This document shows positions 1 through 8,217 of a DNA stretch of 32,000 nt, piece by piece. The notes below the pieces were generated by a model. That model was not told the origin of the DNA. It ran no database searches and saw nothing but the letters and a program-made list of their open reading frames with translations. The stretch's first letter is position 1; each line of letters starts with the position of its first letter. The DNA comes from an uncultured Chloroflexia bacterium (GTDB lineage: Bacteria; Chloroflexota; Ktedonobacteria; Ktedonobacterales; JADMIN01). The translations under genes and the position numbers were made by a program. The stretch is taken from positions 180,001 to 212,000 of the forward strand of contig CAVRAI010000004.1 of assembly GCA_963718915.1 (NCBI GenBank), given 5' to 3'.

Positions 1-9
1 TGCTAAAAT

Positions 10-1080
10 ATGCCTGACCTCATCCATCTGCCGCTGCTGGCGGCGGTCAGCTCCAATAGCGGCGAGAGTGTCAGCCTCGCCTTTCTTATCCTCACGATTG
101 TCGTTGCCGTTGCCTTTGACTTTACGAATGGTTTCCACGATACCGCGAATGCCATCGCGACCAGCGTTTCTACCCGCGTCCTCTCGCCGCGCGTTGCCAT
201 TGTGATGGCGGCGTTCCTCAACTTTCTGGGCGCCTTCATCAGCACGCAGGTTGCCAAGACCATTGGAACCGACGTTGCCCAACCATCCGCGCTGACCCCA
301 ATCGCGGTGATGGCGGCGCTGCTGGCGGCGATTGTCTGGAATCTGTTAACCTGGTATGTTGGGCTGCCCAGCAGTTCATCGCACGCGCTCATTGGAGGAT
401 TGGTGGGCGCGGCGGTCATCGCCTCGCCGCTGCACTTTGGGGCGCTCAAGCTCGACGGTATCCTGAAGATTGTGCTTTCACTCATCCTCTCACCAGCGAT
501 TGGTCTGGTGATCGCCTATGCGCTGGGTATCGCGCTACTCTGGATATTCCGGACGACCTCTCCGCACCATGTCACCACGATCTCGCGCTGGCTTCAGCGG
601 GCCTCGGCGGCGCTTGTCGCCTTTAGCCACGGCTCCAATGATGCGCAGAAGACGATGGGTGTGATCACCGCCGCGATTATCAGCTATGAAGCCGCGACCA
701 CCTCGACCGCGCAGTCGTTCGCGGTGCCGACATGGGTGATTGTGCTGAGCGCGACGGCGATGGCGCTGGGGACGAGTTTCGGCGGCTGGCGCATTATTCG
801 CACGATGGGCATGCGCATGGTGAAGATGCGCCCGGTGGATGGCTTCGCGGCCCAGACGGCCGCCGCTTCGGTTATCCTCGCCGCCAGCCACGTTGGTCTG
901 CCCGTCAGCACGACGCATGTGATCGCCGGTTCGGTGATGGGCGTGGGCGCCCGCCAGCGGCTCTCAGCGGTGCGCTGGGGCGTCGCGGGGAACATGGTGG
1001 TCGCCTGGATTCTGACCGGGCCGATTACCGCAATCATCGCGGCGGTCTTCTGCTTCGTCCTCCAGATGGTGAAGCTTTAG
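10..1080 (+). CDS. pit: PiT-family inorganic phosphate transporter
   Basis: 356-aa polytopic membrane ORF. It carries the PiT signature GFHDTANAIATSV near the N-terminus and its internal repeat SHGSNDAQKTMGVI in the second half. The TAA at 4-6 just upstream suggests a tightly linked preceding gene outside the window. Confidence 0.9.
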   Translation: MPDLIHLPLLAAVSSNSGESVSLAFLILTIVVAVAFDFTNGFHDTANAIATSVSTRVLSPRVAIVMAAFLNFLGAFISTQVAKTIGTDVAQPSALTPIAVMAALLAAIVWNLLTWYVGLPSSSSHALIGGLVGAAVIASPLHFGALKLDGILKIVLSLILSPAIGLVIAYALGIALLWIFRTTSPHHVTTISRWLQRASAALVAFSHGSNDAQKTMGVITAAIISYEAATTSTAQSFAVPTWVIVLSATAMALGTSFGGWRIIRTMGMRMVKMRPVDGFAAQTAAASVILAASHVGLPVSTTHVIAGSVMGVGARQRLSAVRWGVAGNMVVAWILTGPITAIIAAVFCFVLQMVKL

Positions 1081-1250
1081 CTGGAGTGCCAGAACCTCTC
1101 CCGGCCTTCGGCCACCCGCCCTCCGGGCCGCTGCCGCTCCGCGCGCCCTTGCGCGCTTCTCGCCTGACGGCTCGCGCGGCAGCCCCCTCAAAGGGGAGGG
1201 CTTAGGCAAGCGCAGCGACGCCACGGCATATTGCTTGCCTGAGGAAACGC

Positions 1251-1279
1251 AAAAGCCCCTCTCCATGTAGGAGAGGGGT
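1251..1279 (-). terminator. Rho-independent terminator after the aminotransferase gene (possibly bidirectional)
   Basis: Perfect 9-bp stem CCCCTCTCC (1256-1264) / GGAGAGGGG (1270-1278) with a 5-nt loop. On the minus strand it is followed by CTTTTGCGTTTCC. It lies 17 nt beyond the stop codon at 1295-1297. Confidence 0.7.
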
Positions 1280-1294
1280 TGGGGTGAGGTCTTC

Positions 1295-2722
1295 TCAGTG
1301 TCCGGAGGCGAGTTCCTCCGCGGAGAGGTTGCTGACCACGTCGAGCGCTGCTTCGAGGATATCCAGCCCTTCGGCCAGCTCTTCGTCGGTGGTAACCAGC
1401 GGCATCAGCAGGCGGATGACGTTGTCGTAGAGGCCTGCCTTGATGAGAATCAGCCCGCGTTCACGCGCCTCCACGAGGATGCGTGCGGCGGCGGCGGTCG
1501 CTGGGGTGCGCTGCGTGCGGTCGGTTACCAGTTCGATAGCCACCATCGCGCCGAGGCCACGCGCCTCGCCGATCAATGGGAATCGCTCGCGCCAGCCCTG
1601 CATGCGCGCCATCGCCTGCTCGCCGAGCTCGCGCCCGCGGTCCGCCAGACCCTCGCGCTCGAAGACATCGAGCACGGCCAGCGCGGCGGCGCACGCCACC
1701 GGATTCCCACCATAGGTGCCGCCAAGGCCACCGGGCAGCGGCGCGTCCATGTAGGTATCGCGCCCCACGACAGCGGCTAGTGGCAGCCCACCCGCCAGCG
1801 ACTTCGCCAGCAATATCAGATCCGGCTCGACGCCAAAATGCTCGATGGCGAACATCTTGCCGGTGCGCCCGAAGCCACTCTGCACCTCATCGATGATGAG
1901 CAGGATGCCGTGTTGCGTGCAGATGTCGCGTAGCTCAGGCAGGAAGTGCGCCGGGGGCACGATAAAGCCGCCCTCGCCCTGTACTGGCTCGACGATGATC
2001 GCCGCCACCTGATCGGCGGGGATGCGCGTCAGAAACGCCTGCTCCAGCGCATCGCGCCACTCGTGGCAGTCCGCGCCGTCCGTTCCGCTGTGCTGCGGGC
2101 AGCGATAGACGTAGGGATACGGCAGTGTGTGGACATTGGGCGCGAATGGGCCGAAGTCCTGGCGATAGGGGCGCACCTTGCCAGTGAGCGCCAGCGCGAG
2201 ATTGGTCCGCCCGTGGAAGCTGTTCTCGAAGGCGATGACGCCGGAGCGTCCCGTCGCCGCGCGCGCGATCTTGATGGCGTTCTCGACCGCCTCCGCGCCG
2301 CTATTGACCAGCAGCGTCTTCTTCGGGAACGTGCCTGGCGTGATCTCGGTGAGGCGGCGCGCCAGATCCACATAGACCGGCGGCGTCAGCACATGGGCGC
2401 AGGTGTGGGTATACAGTGCGGCCTGTTGCTGGATGGCGGCGACCACCTCGGGGTGGCTGTGGCCGACGTTCATGACGCCGATGCCGCCCGCGAAGTCGAG
2501 ATAGGTGTTGCCGTCCACGTCGGTGACCCGCGCGCCGGAGCCGCTGGCCGGGTAGACGGGATGGTAGGCGAAGACGCCGCGCGGCAGATAGCGCTCGCGC
2601 TCGGCCTGTAGCTCCTGCGACCGCGGGCCGGGAATCGCGGTGGCCTGGCTGACGGCACGTTTTGCTGTATCATTGGCAACGCGCGCTGCTCGTGGTGGTT
2701 TGGTTGAGGTCTGCTGTGCCAT
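1295..2722 (-). CDS. gabT: Class-III (omega) aminotransferase, 4-aminobutyrate aminotransferase-like
   Basis: 475-aa ORF with motifs GGIGVMNVGHSHPEVV and IIDEVQSGFGRTG and the PLP-lysine context LLAKSLAGGLP. The N-terminal IPGPRSQEL...RYLPRGV resembles GabT-type enzymes. The substrate assignment is inference. Confidence 0.8.
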   Translation of the reverse strand: MAQQTSTKPPRAARVANDTAKRAVSQATAIPGPRSQELQAERERYLPRGVFAYHPVYPASGSGARVTDVDGNTYLDFAGGIGVMNVGHSHPEVVAAIQQQAALYTHTCAHVLTPPVYVDLARRLTEITPGTFPKKTLLVNSGAEAVENAIKIARAATGRSGVIAFENSFHGRTNLALALTGKVRPYRQDFGPFAPNVHTLPYPYVYRCPQHSGTDGADCHEWRDALEQAFLTRIPADQVAAIIVEPVQGEGGFIVPPAHFLPELRDICTQHGILLIIDEVQSGFGRTGKMFAIEHFGVEPDLILLAKSLAGGLPLAAVVGRDTYMDAPLPGGLGGTYGGNPVACAAALAVLDVFEREGLADRGRELGEQAMARMQGWRERFPLIGEARGLGAMVAIELVTDRTQRTPATAAAARILVEARERGLILIKAGLYDNVIRLLMPLVTTDEELAEGLDILEAALDVVSNLSAEELASGH

Positions 2723-2914
2723 CTGAGAATCCTCCTGCTCTGCGTCGGTACTTCTCGCACTATATGTCTGGCGCTCACTCGCCGTACACGGCCATCGCGA
2801 CTAATTCTCCCCGCAACTCCTTGGCCACCCTGTCGAATGGGCGCGATTGCCAACCCGGTCGTCTGATGTTAGCATGGCAGCGTTGTTTCTTCTGAGACAA
2901 GGATATAGAGAGAC

Positions 2915-4513
2915 ATGCATTCAAAAGACCGCTATTGGCCTGTCGTTGCCGGGATATGGTTCGGGCTGACGCTGCTGTTTCTCGCGACGCTCCTGGGGAT
3001 TATCGTCTCGTTCGATTTCTCGCTGCCAGAACTGATTCACGGAGTGGACTGGTTATCGCTAAATACCTATGCTCAGATTACGTTGTTTCTGGCGCTGCTG
3101 ACGGCCATCTACCGTTTCGGCGTCCAATATGCCGTTCTGGCACGGCGGCGCGAACGTATCAGGAGACAGGCGCTCGCTGGCGATGAGGATGCGATGCCCG
3201 CAGCCAGCTCAACGAATGATTCATCCCCCGAAACAACGGCTGAGACTCTGCAACACGAGCCGCTCACTTTGCGATGGGCCAACGGCAACGTCGTCACCGC
3301 GTCGCAGGAAGGCTTGCACTGGCAGCGCCCGAAAAAGCGCGATGTGTTGCTGGCGTGGACTGAGGCGCGTTTGTTGGAAGTTTGGGAGGCGCAGGCTCTG
3401 ACTCCGCGCAAAAAGGACGCAATCTTCGAGCATGGCTACTGCCTCTACGCGAGCGCCAATAAGTATGTCGAATGGACCGATGCCCCTGAAAGCCAGATAG
3501 CTGGCGAGCGCCTCTCCTGGGAGCAGAAGGAGCAGTTGCAAGAAGCGCTGCTGGCCAATGTCACCGCACACACGAGTTTGCTCCTGCGAGTCGTCCCGAA
3601 ACGACACAGCGAGCAGGATCAACAGAGGCCAATGACCTTGCGCCAGAAGATATCGCTGGCTGGCCTTGGACTTGGCCTCTTCATCGCGTCCATCCCGCTT
3701 GGCGCGGGTATTCTGGCGCTGGTTGCGCCGCTAACACACTCGTTCGCGCTTAACCTCTACGCGGCGATAGTTTATGGTGGCATAGGACTGGTATTGGTTG
3801 GGGTGATCGTGAAGGGGCTTTTTGACCTCAATCATCCGCGCACGCCAGACCCAATCTCTCCCCCATACGTGGCGTTACCATACGTACCGAGTGCGGCGCT
3901 CGATGCGGGTGTGGCCATTCGATTTGGGGAGCGCCTGCGAGATCGTCTCATCTGGTTTTTGCTACTGGTGGCCAGTCTGGTGAGCAACGGATACCTTATA
4001 TTCCGCGCCATACAGGATTTTTCAATCGGCGACCTGGGAACAGGCACGCTAGCCGATGCCCACAAGTTGGGTCTTGGACTGCTTATGATCTGTGCGTTCA
4101 TCGGTTCCATGTTCGCTGGCGTGGCGGCGTTCAGCCGCCCGACAGTTGTGGTTGCTGACGCAGAAGGGCTTCACCAGGGTAAAGGCAAGAAGCGAGAATC
4201 CATCTCGTGGGCGGATGTCGCCATACTGTTTACAAAGGTGTCGAAGACGAACGAGTTGACATCACTCTCTGTGCTAGAGGAGCCACCACAGAGCAAAACG
4301 ATTTCATGGCGCGCCGACGCTCGCTGGGTACGTCGCCCGGATGGCGTTTCACCCAACGATAACGCGGGCGCGCAGTTCGCGGCTCATCGTGGCGCAACGG
4401 GCGGAGGTACAGCCAACGACACGGTGGGAGTAGCGGCGTTTGAAGCGCTGTGCGTATACTTGCGTGGCGAGATCCGATGCCGCACCTGGATAACCCCCTA
4501 TGCAAAATCATAA
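2915..4513 (+). CDS. Hypothetical polytopic membrane protein with two PH-like soluble modules
   Basis: 532-aa ORF. It has two N-terminal TM helices, a soluble segment, about 5-6 further TM helices and a second soluble segment. The two soluble segments share VV.A..EGLH(4)KKR(5-6)W. No catalytic motif is recognised. Confidence 0.7.
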   Translation: MHSKDRYWPVVAGIWFGLTLLFLATLLGIIVSFDFSLPELIHGVDWLSLNTYAQITLFLALLTAIYRFGVQYAVLARRRERIRRQALAGDEDAMPAASSTNDSSPETTAETLQHEPLTLRWANGNVVTASQEGLHWQRPKKRDVLLAWTEARLLEVWEAQALTPRKKDAIFEHGYCLYASANKYVEWTDAPESQIAGERLSWEQKEQLQEALLANVTAHTSLLLRVVPKRHSEQDQQRPMTLRQKISLAGLGLGLFIASIPLGAGILALVAPLTHSFALNLYAAIVYGGIGLVLVGVIVKGLFDLNHPRTPDPISPPYVALPYVPSAALDAGVAIRFGERLRDRLIWFLLLVASLVSNGYLIFRAIQDFSIGDLGTGTLADAHKLGLGLLMICAFIGSMFAGVAAFSRPTVVVADAEGLHQGKGKKRESISWADVAILFTKVSKTNELTSLSVLEEPPQSKTISWRADARWVRRPDGVSPNDNAGAQFAAHRGATGGGTANDTVGVAAFEALCVYLRGEIRCRTWITPYAKS

Positions 4514-4555
4514 CCGCGCACATAATGAGAACTAGCAGCGAACGGAGCGGATAGC

Positions 4556-5812
4556 ATGGACTCACACTATGACGTCGTGATCGTAGGAGCGCGCGTGGCT
4601 GGCGCCAGCCTGGCCCTGCTCCTGGGACAACAGGGACACCGCGTTCTGCTGCTTGATCGCGACTCCTTTCCCAGCGACACCCTATCCACCCATTTTGTTG
4701 GAGGATTCGGCGTCGATGCGCTCCAGCGGCTGGGTGTGCTGGATGATGTACTGGCGGCGGGCTTTCGCCGCATCACCCGTACGCGCACCTGGATTGAAGA
4801 CTGTCTCTTCGAAGGGCCAGGGGGACCAGAGGGCGCTTACGCGCTCGCGCCTCGGCGTGACGCCCTCGATTCGATTATCATTCGGCATGCGACCGAGCAC
4901 GGCGGGGTCGAGTTCCGTGAGCGATTGCACGCGGAGGGGCTGATCGAGGAGGATGGGCGCGTCGTCGGCGTCGTCACCCAGACGGCGGATGGTGAGCGGC
5001 ACGACGTGCGCGCGCGAGTTGTCGTCGGCGCAGATGGGAAGTATTCGAAGGTGGCTGACTGGGTCAAAGCGGAGCGCTACGACGCCGTGCCAGCGCAGCG
5101 ACCGGCCTATTACGGCTACTATCACGCCGTCATCCCACTGACGGAGTCTGCCGTCGAGATATTCTTTGCAAACAATCAGATTGGCTTCGTCTTTCCTATG
5201 CGCACGGACGAGGACTGCCTGGCGCTCGAAATCCAGCCCGAGGAGTTCGAGATGTTTCGGGCCAATCCACGAGCCACGTTTGAAGAACACTTCCACGCAT
5301 TGCCTGGCATGGCGGCTCGTATGGAGAACGCCAGCCTTGAAGGCAAACTGCTGGGTGTGCGCGGCATCGAAAACTACCTGCGCAAGCCCTACGGCCCCGG
5401 CTGGGCGCTCACAGGCGACGCTGGCTACCTGAAAGACCCTAGCACTGGCCAGGGTATCGGCGATGCGCTCATGCAGTCCATCATGCTGGCCGATGCGCTC
5501 GATACAGCTCTACAGGGAGCCGACTGGGACGCAACCCTTGGCGCGTTCCACCGCCAGCGCGACGAAGCCTTCATGCCGATCTATCGCTGGACGTTGCATG
5601 CGACCCAACTGCGTGATGTAGCGCCTGGATCCATCGCGTGGTTACGCGCGGCGCTCATCAGTCCCCACTACACGCGCCAGCTGATGTACTGGCTGCCGAC
5701 GATACTTTCCGGTGGGCTTCCGCCGCACCTTCAGCCAATGATGAATGCGATGGGCCAAGCCTTCGACGCACGCCCGATAGCGGGGTCGGACGATCCCGCC
5801 GCAAACACATAA
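4556..5812 (+). CDS. FAD-dependent monooxygenase/oxidoreductase (group A flavoprotein-like)
   Basis: 418-aa ORF. It has an N-terminal dinucleotide fold YDVVIVGARVAGASLALLLGQQGHRVLLLDRD, a DG motif VVGADGKYS, and a GD motif GDAGYLKDPSTGQGIGDA. Confidence 0.85.
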   Translation: MDSHYDVVIVGARVAGASLALLLGQQGHRVLLLDRDSFPSDTLSTHFVGGFGVDALQRLGVLDDVLAAGFRRITRTRTWIEDCLFEGPGGPEGAYALAPRRDALDSIIIRHATEHGGVEFRERLHAEGLIEEDGRVVGVVTQTADGERHDVRARVVVGADGKYSKVADWVKAERYDAVPAQRPAYYGYYHAVIPLTESAVEIFFANNQIGFVFPMRTDEDCLALEIQPEEFEMFRANPRATFEEHFHALPGMAARMENASLEGKLLGVRGIENYLRKPYGPGWALTGDAGYLKDPSTGQGIGDALMQSIMLADALDTALQGADWDATLGAFHRQRDEAFMPIYRWTLHATQLRDVAPGSIAWLRAALISPHYTRQLMYWLPTILSGGLPPHLQPMMNAMGQAFDARPIAGSDDPAANT

Positions 5813-5823
5813 GGAGATGTCAC

Positions 5824-6639
5824 ATGCCAGAAATCACCGCGAACGGCCTGCGCTTCTATGTTGTGGACGAGGGGCAGGGTACGCCTGTCGTGCTGCTCCA
5901 TGGATTCCCGGACACATCGCACCTGTGGCGTAACCAGATTGCCGCGCTGGTCGGCGCGGGCTACCGGGCCATCGCGCCTGATTTGCGCGGGCGTGGCAGA
6001 AGCGAACGCCCAGAGAGCGTCGAAAGCTATCGGCTGACCAATATCGTCGCCGATGTCGCGGCGATCATGGATGCGCTCGGTGTCGAGCGCGCGCACGTCA
6101 TTGGGCACGATTGGGGCGCGGCCACCGCCTGGCTCTTCGCGACGCTGAAGCCGCAGCGGGTGGATCGACTGATTGTCGCCTCGGTCGGCCATCCCTCCAC
6201 GCGCGGCAAGCCAAGTCTCGAAGAGCTACAAAAAGGGTGGTATCGCCTGCTCTTTCTCTTTCCAGGCATCGAGCCAGCCCTCCAGCAGGACAACTGGTAT
6301 CTGATGCGCACGATGCTTCAGGGCGGCGGCGACCTGGAGCAGTATCTCGCGGACCTTGCCGAGCCGGGCGCGCTGACGGCGGCGCTCAACTGGTACCGCG
6401 CGAACATGGCGCCAGAGCGGCTCAACGCTCCGCCCGCGCAGCTTCCGCCGATTCAATCGCCGACGATGGGCGTCTTCAGCACGGGCGATCTCTATCTCAC
6501 CGAGGACGCGATGGAGCGCTCCGCCGAGTTCGTGAAGGCGCCATGGCGGTACGAGCGTATCGAAGGGGTGAGCCACTGGATTCCCAGCGACGCGCCGGAG
6601 CAGTTCAACCGGCTGATGCTGGACTTCCTGAGGGCATAG
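5824..6639 (+). CDS. Alpha/beta hydrolase, epoxide hydrolase / haloalkane dehalogenase-like
   Basis: The ATG at 5824 is preceded by AAGGAG (5811-5816). The longer track ORF from 5638 overlaps the upstream gene and is rejected. Motifs are the HGFPD oxyanion motif, an Asp nucleophile elbow IGHDWGA, a lid motif LNWYRA, and a C-terminal GVSHW histidine. Confidence 0.85.
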   Translation: MPEITANGLRFYVVDEGQGTPVVLLHGFPDTSHLWRNQIAALVGAGYRAIAPDLRGRGRSERPESVESYRLTNIVADVAAIMDALGVERAHVIGHDWGAATAWLFATLKPQRVDRLIVASVGHPSTRGKPSLEELQKGWYRLLFLFPGIEPALQQDNWYLMRTMLQGGGDLEQYLADLAEPGALTAALNWYRANMAPERLNAPPAQLPPIQSPTMGVFSTGDLYLTEDAMERSAEFVKAPWRYERIEGVSHWIPSDAPEQFNRLMLDFLRA

Positions 6640-6681
6640 CCAGCGTGGCGGATGGGACTGCCTCAAGAGGTCATCCGCTGC

Positions 6682-6711
6682 TTGCGGGAGAATCGGCGAC
6701 TGTGCTATACT
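6682..6711 (+). promoter_or_regulatory. Sigma70-like promoter for the tRNA-Ser pair
   Basis: TTGCGG (6682-6687), an 18-nt spacer, then TGcTATACT (-10 at 6706-6711 with extended TG). The first tRNA begins 8 nt after the -10. Confidence 0.55.
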
Positions 6712-6718
6712 CCCCGGC

Positions 6719-6806
6719 GGAAGGGTGTCCGAGTGGTTTAAGGTGCCGCTCTCGAAAAGCGGTGAGCCCCAAAAGGGCTCCGTGGGTTCGAATCCCACCC
6801 CTTCCG
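6719..6806 (+). tRNA. tRNA-Ser (anticodon CGA)
   Basis: Acceptor stem GGAAGGG / CCCTTCC. Anticodon arm CCGCT-CTCGAAA-AGCGG. Long variable arm TGAGCCCCAAAAGGGCTCC (type II). T arm GTGGG-TTCGAAT-CCCAC. Discriminator G. CCA is not encoded (the sequence continues CCT). Confidence 0.9.
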
Positions 6807-6818
6807 CCTCGTGTGTCT

Positions 6819-6905
6819 GGAGGAGTCCCATAGAGGCCTAGTGGGCGCGACTGGAAATCGCGTGTGCCAAAAGCACCGTGGGTTCGAATCCCACCTCCTC
6901 CGCCA
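6819..6905 (+). tRNA. tRNA-Ser (anticodon GGA)
   Basis: Acceptor stem GGAGGAG / CTCCTCC. Anticodon arm CGCGA-CTGGAAA-TCGCG. Long variable arm. The T arm GTGGG-TTCGAAT-CCCAC is identical to that of the first tRNA. Discriminator G followed by an encoded CCA (6903-6905). Confidence 0.9.
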
Positions 6906-6929
6906 TCCGTCTCGCCATCCACCTCCAGC

Positions 6930-6975
6930 GCGGTTGCCATCCTATCCAGTGATGCGCAGCCGCTCTCTTGTTTCC
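6930..6975 (+). terminator. Candidate terminator after the tRNA pair
   Basis: Stem GCGGTTGC (6930-6937) / GCAGCCGC (6956-6963) with one G.U pair and an 18-nt loop, followed by the T-rich TCTCTTGTTTCC. The large loop makes this weak. Confidence 0.3.
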
Positions 6976-7010
6976 GCGTCTTATACCGCATTCTGAAAGG
7001 GAGCAAGCCC

Positions 7011-7460
7011 ATGGACGATGCGCCTCGTGGTCGTGGCATTATCGCTGGCATGATGGTCTTCGCCGCCGTTCTCATCCTCGCCTACTGGCTCATCTGGTTC
7101 CTGGTTGACCGCGACCTGCTGGCCTCGCTGCACACTGACTATTACTACCGCTTCGAGAACGCTTTCCCGCTGGCCGACGCCTGGCTAGGGCTGCTGCTCA
7201 TCCTGGCGACGGTGGGGCTGCTGCTGCGCCGACCGTGGGGACTGCTCACGGGGCTGCTCGCGGGCGGCGCGGGCATCTACCTCGGCTGTCTGGATGTGCT
7301 CTTCGACCTCGAAAACGGCGTCTATCATGTCTCGGCGGGCGGCGATGCCAGTGGGGCGATCATCGAGATCGTCATCAACGTGCTGACCTTCACCCTTGGC
7401 ATCGTCGTGACCACCTATATCTGGCGGAATCGCAACTGGTATCTACAGCCTACCCGGTAA
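7011..7460 (+). CDS. Hypothetical 4-TM membrane protein
   Basis: The ATG at 7011 is preceded by GAAAGGGAG (6995-7003). The track ORF from 6864 would run into the tRNA and is rejected. The protein is 149 aa with four hydrophobic helices and no recognisable motif. Its 3' end overlaps the convergent cupredoxin gene by 11 bp. Confidence 0.65.
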   Translation: MDDAPRGRGIIAGMMVFAAVLILAYWLIWFLVDRDLLASLHTDYYYRFENAFPLADAWLGLLLILATVGLLLRRPWGLLTGLLAGGAGIYLGCLDVLFDLENGVYHVSAGGDASGAIIEIVINVLTFTLGIVVTTYIWRNRNWYLQPTR

Positions 7461-7899
7461 CGACAATGGTTCCCTTCATGTAGGGATGGACGGTGCAGTG
7501 GTAGGTGTAGGTTCCAGGCTGGGTAAACGTGAAACTGAACGACCCTCCCGATGGGCTGATTATGCTGGATGCCAGGGTTGTGCCGCTGTCACTCGTCACC
7601 GTATGCGGCGCATCCGAGGCGTTCGACCACTCAACCTTGGTCCCTTTCGCGACGGTGAGCATGGCAGGTGCGAACCCGTACTTGTCGTTCGTTTCGGAAA
7701 TCTTCACCTGGGCCGCGCTGGCATTGGACGCCGTTGTTCCGGCGGGCGCCGCGGTGGCTGTTGGCACTGATGTATCCGTGCTTGTTCCGCTGCTCGTGCT
7801 CGTGCTTGTGCCGCATCCCGCGAGGAGCAGGCTGCCAGCCAGCAGGATGCCGAACCACCATGGGATGCCGCGCGCCTTTGTGAGAGTCAGGTTGTTCAT
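7450..7899 (-). CDS. Type-1 copper (cupredoxin/plastocyanin-like) lipoprotein
   Basis: Signal peptide with lipobox LLLAGC, followed by a Ser/Thr-rich linker. The copper ligand set is H in APHTVTSD plus C-x2-H-x2-M in YTYHCTVHPYMKG. Confidence 0.85.
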   Translation of the reverse strand: MNNLTLTKARGIPWWFGILLAGSLLLAGCGTSTSTSSGTSTDTSVPTATAAPAGTTASNASAAQVKISETNDKYGFAPAMLTVAKGTKVEWSNASDAPHTVTSDSGTTLASSIISPSGGSFSFTFTQPGTYTYHCTVHPYMKGTIVVTG

Positions 7900-8217
7900 C
7901 GGTTTCCTTCTTTCGTCTATTCGGATCCTTCATCCCTCCGCACTTCTGGGCGCAAACCTGCCGACATGCTTCCAGTCACTCATCGGCAGGATGCCTTAGC
8001 GCCATCGAGTACTGCGGGGTAGTACGACGTGCTGTTACGTCGGCCAGCTATTGCCGCGTCAGGCCGTAGCCGCTCCGCCGCCACATGCCTCGCCTTACCT
8101 TTGGTAGTGCGGAGGCGGCCCGTATCTGCTGGCATTCTGTGTGGTATCCGCGCGGCGCGAAAGGCGTATAATTGCGGCAAGCGGTAGACGTCGTTTCAGC
8201 GGATAGGAGCGTTGCCG

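Noticed and set aside
3-485. 160-aa minus-strand ORF at the window start
   Set aside because: It lies entirely antisense to the well-supported PiT transporter gene. It is Ala/Ser/Thr/Arg-rich, like typical high-GC antisense frames, and has no recognisable motif.
6111-7075. Track ORFs 6111-6833 (+), 6226-6831 (-) and 6671-7075 (-)
   Set aside because: They run through the two tRNA-Ser genes and/or overlap the alpha/beta hydrolase CDS in other frames. The tRNA cloverleaves explain this DNA better.
6906-7460. Genomic island integrated at the tRNA-Ser locus
   Set aside because: There is no integrase. The tRNA 3' segment GGTTCGAATCCCAC occurs only within the two tRNAs and is not repeated downstream. 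I see no obvious compositional break.
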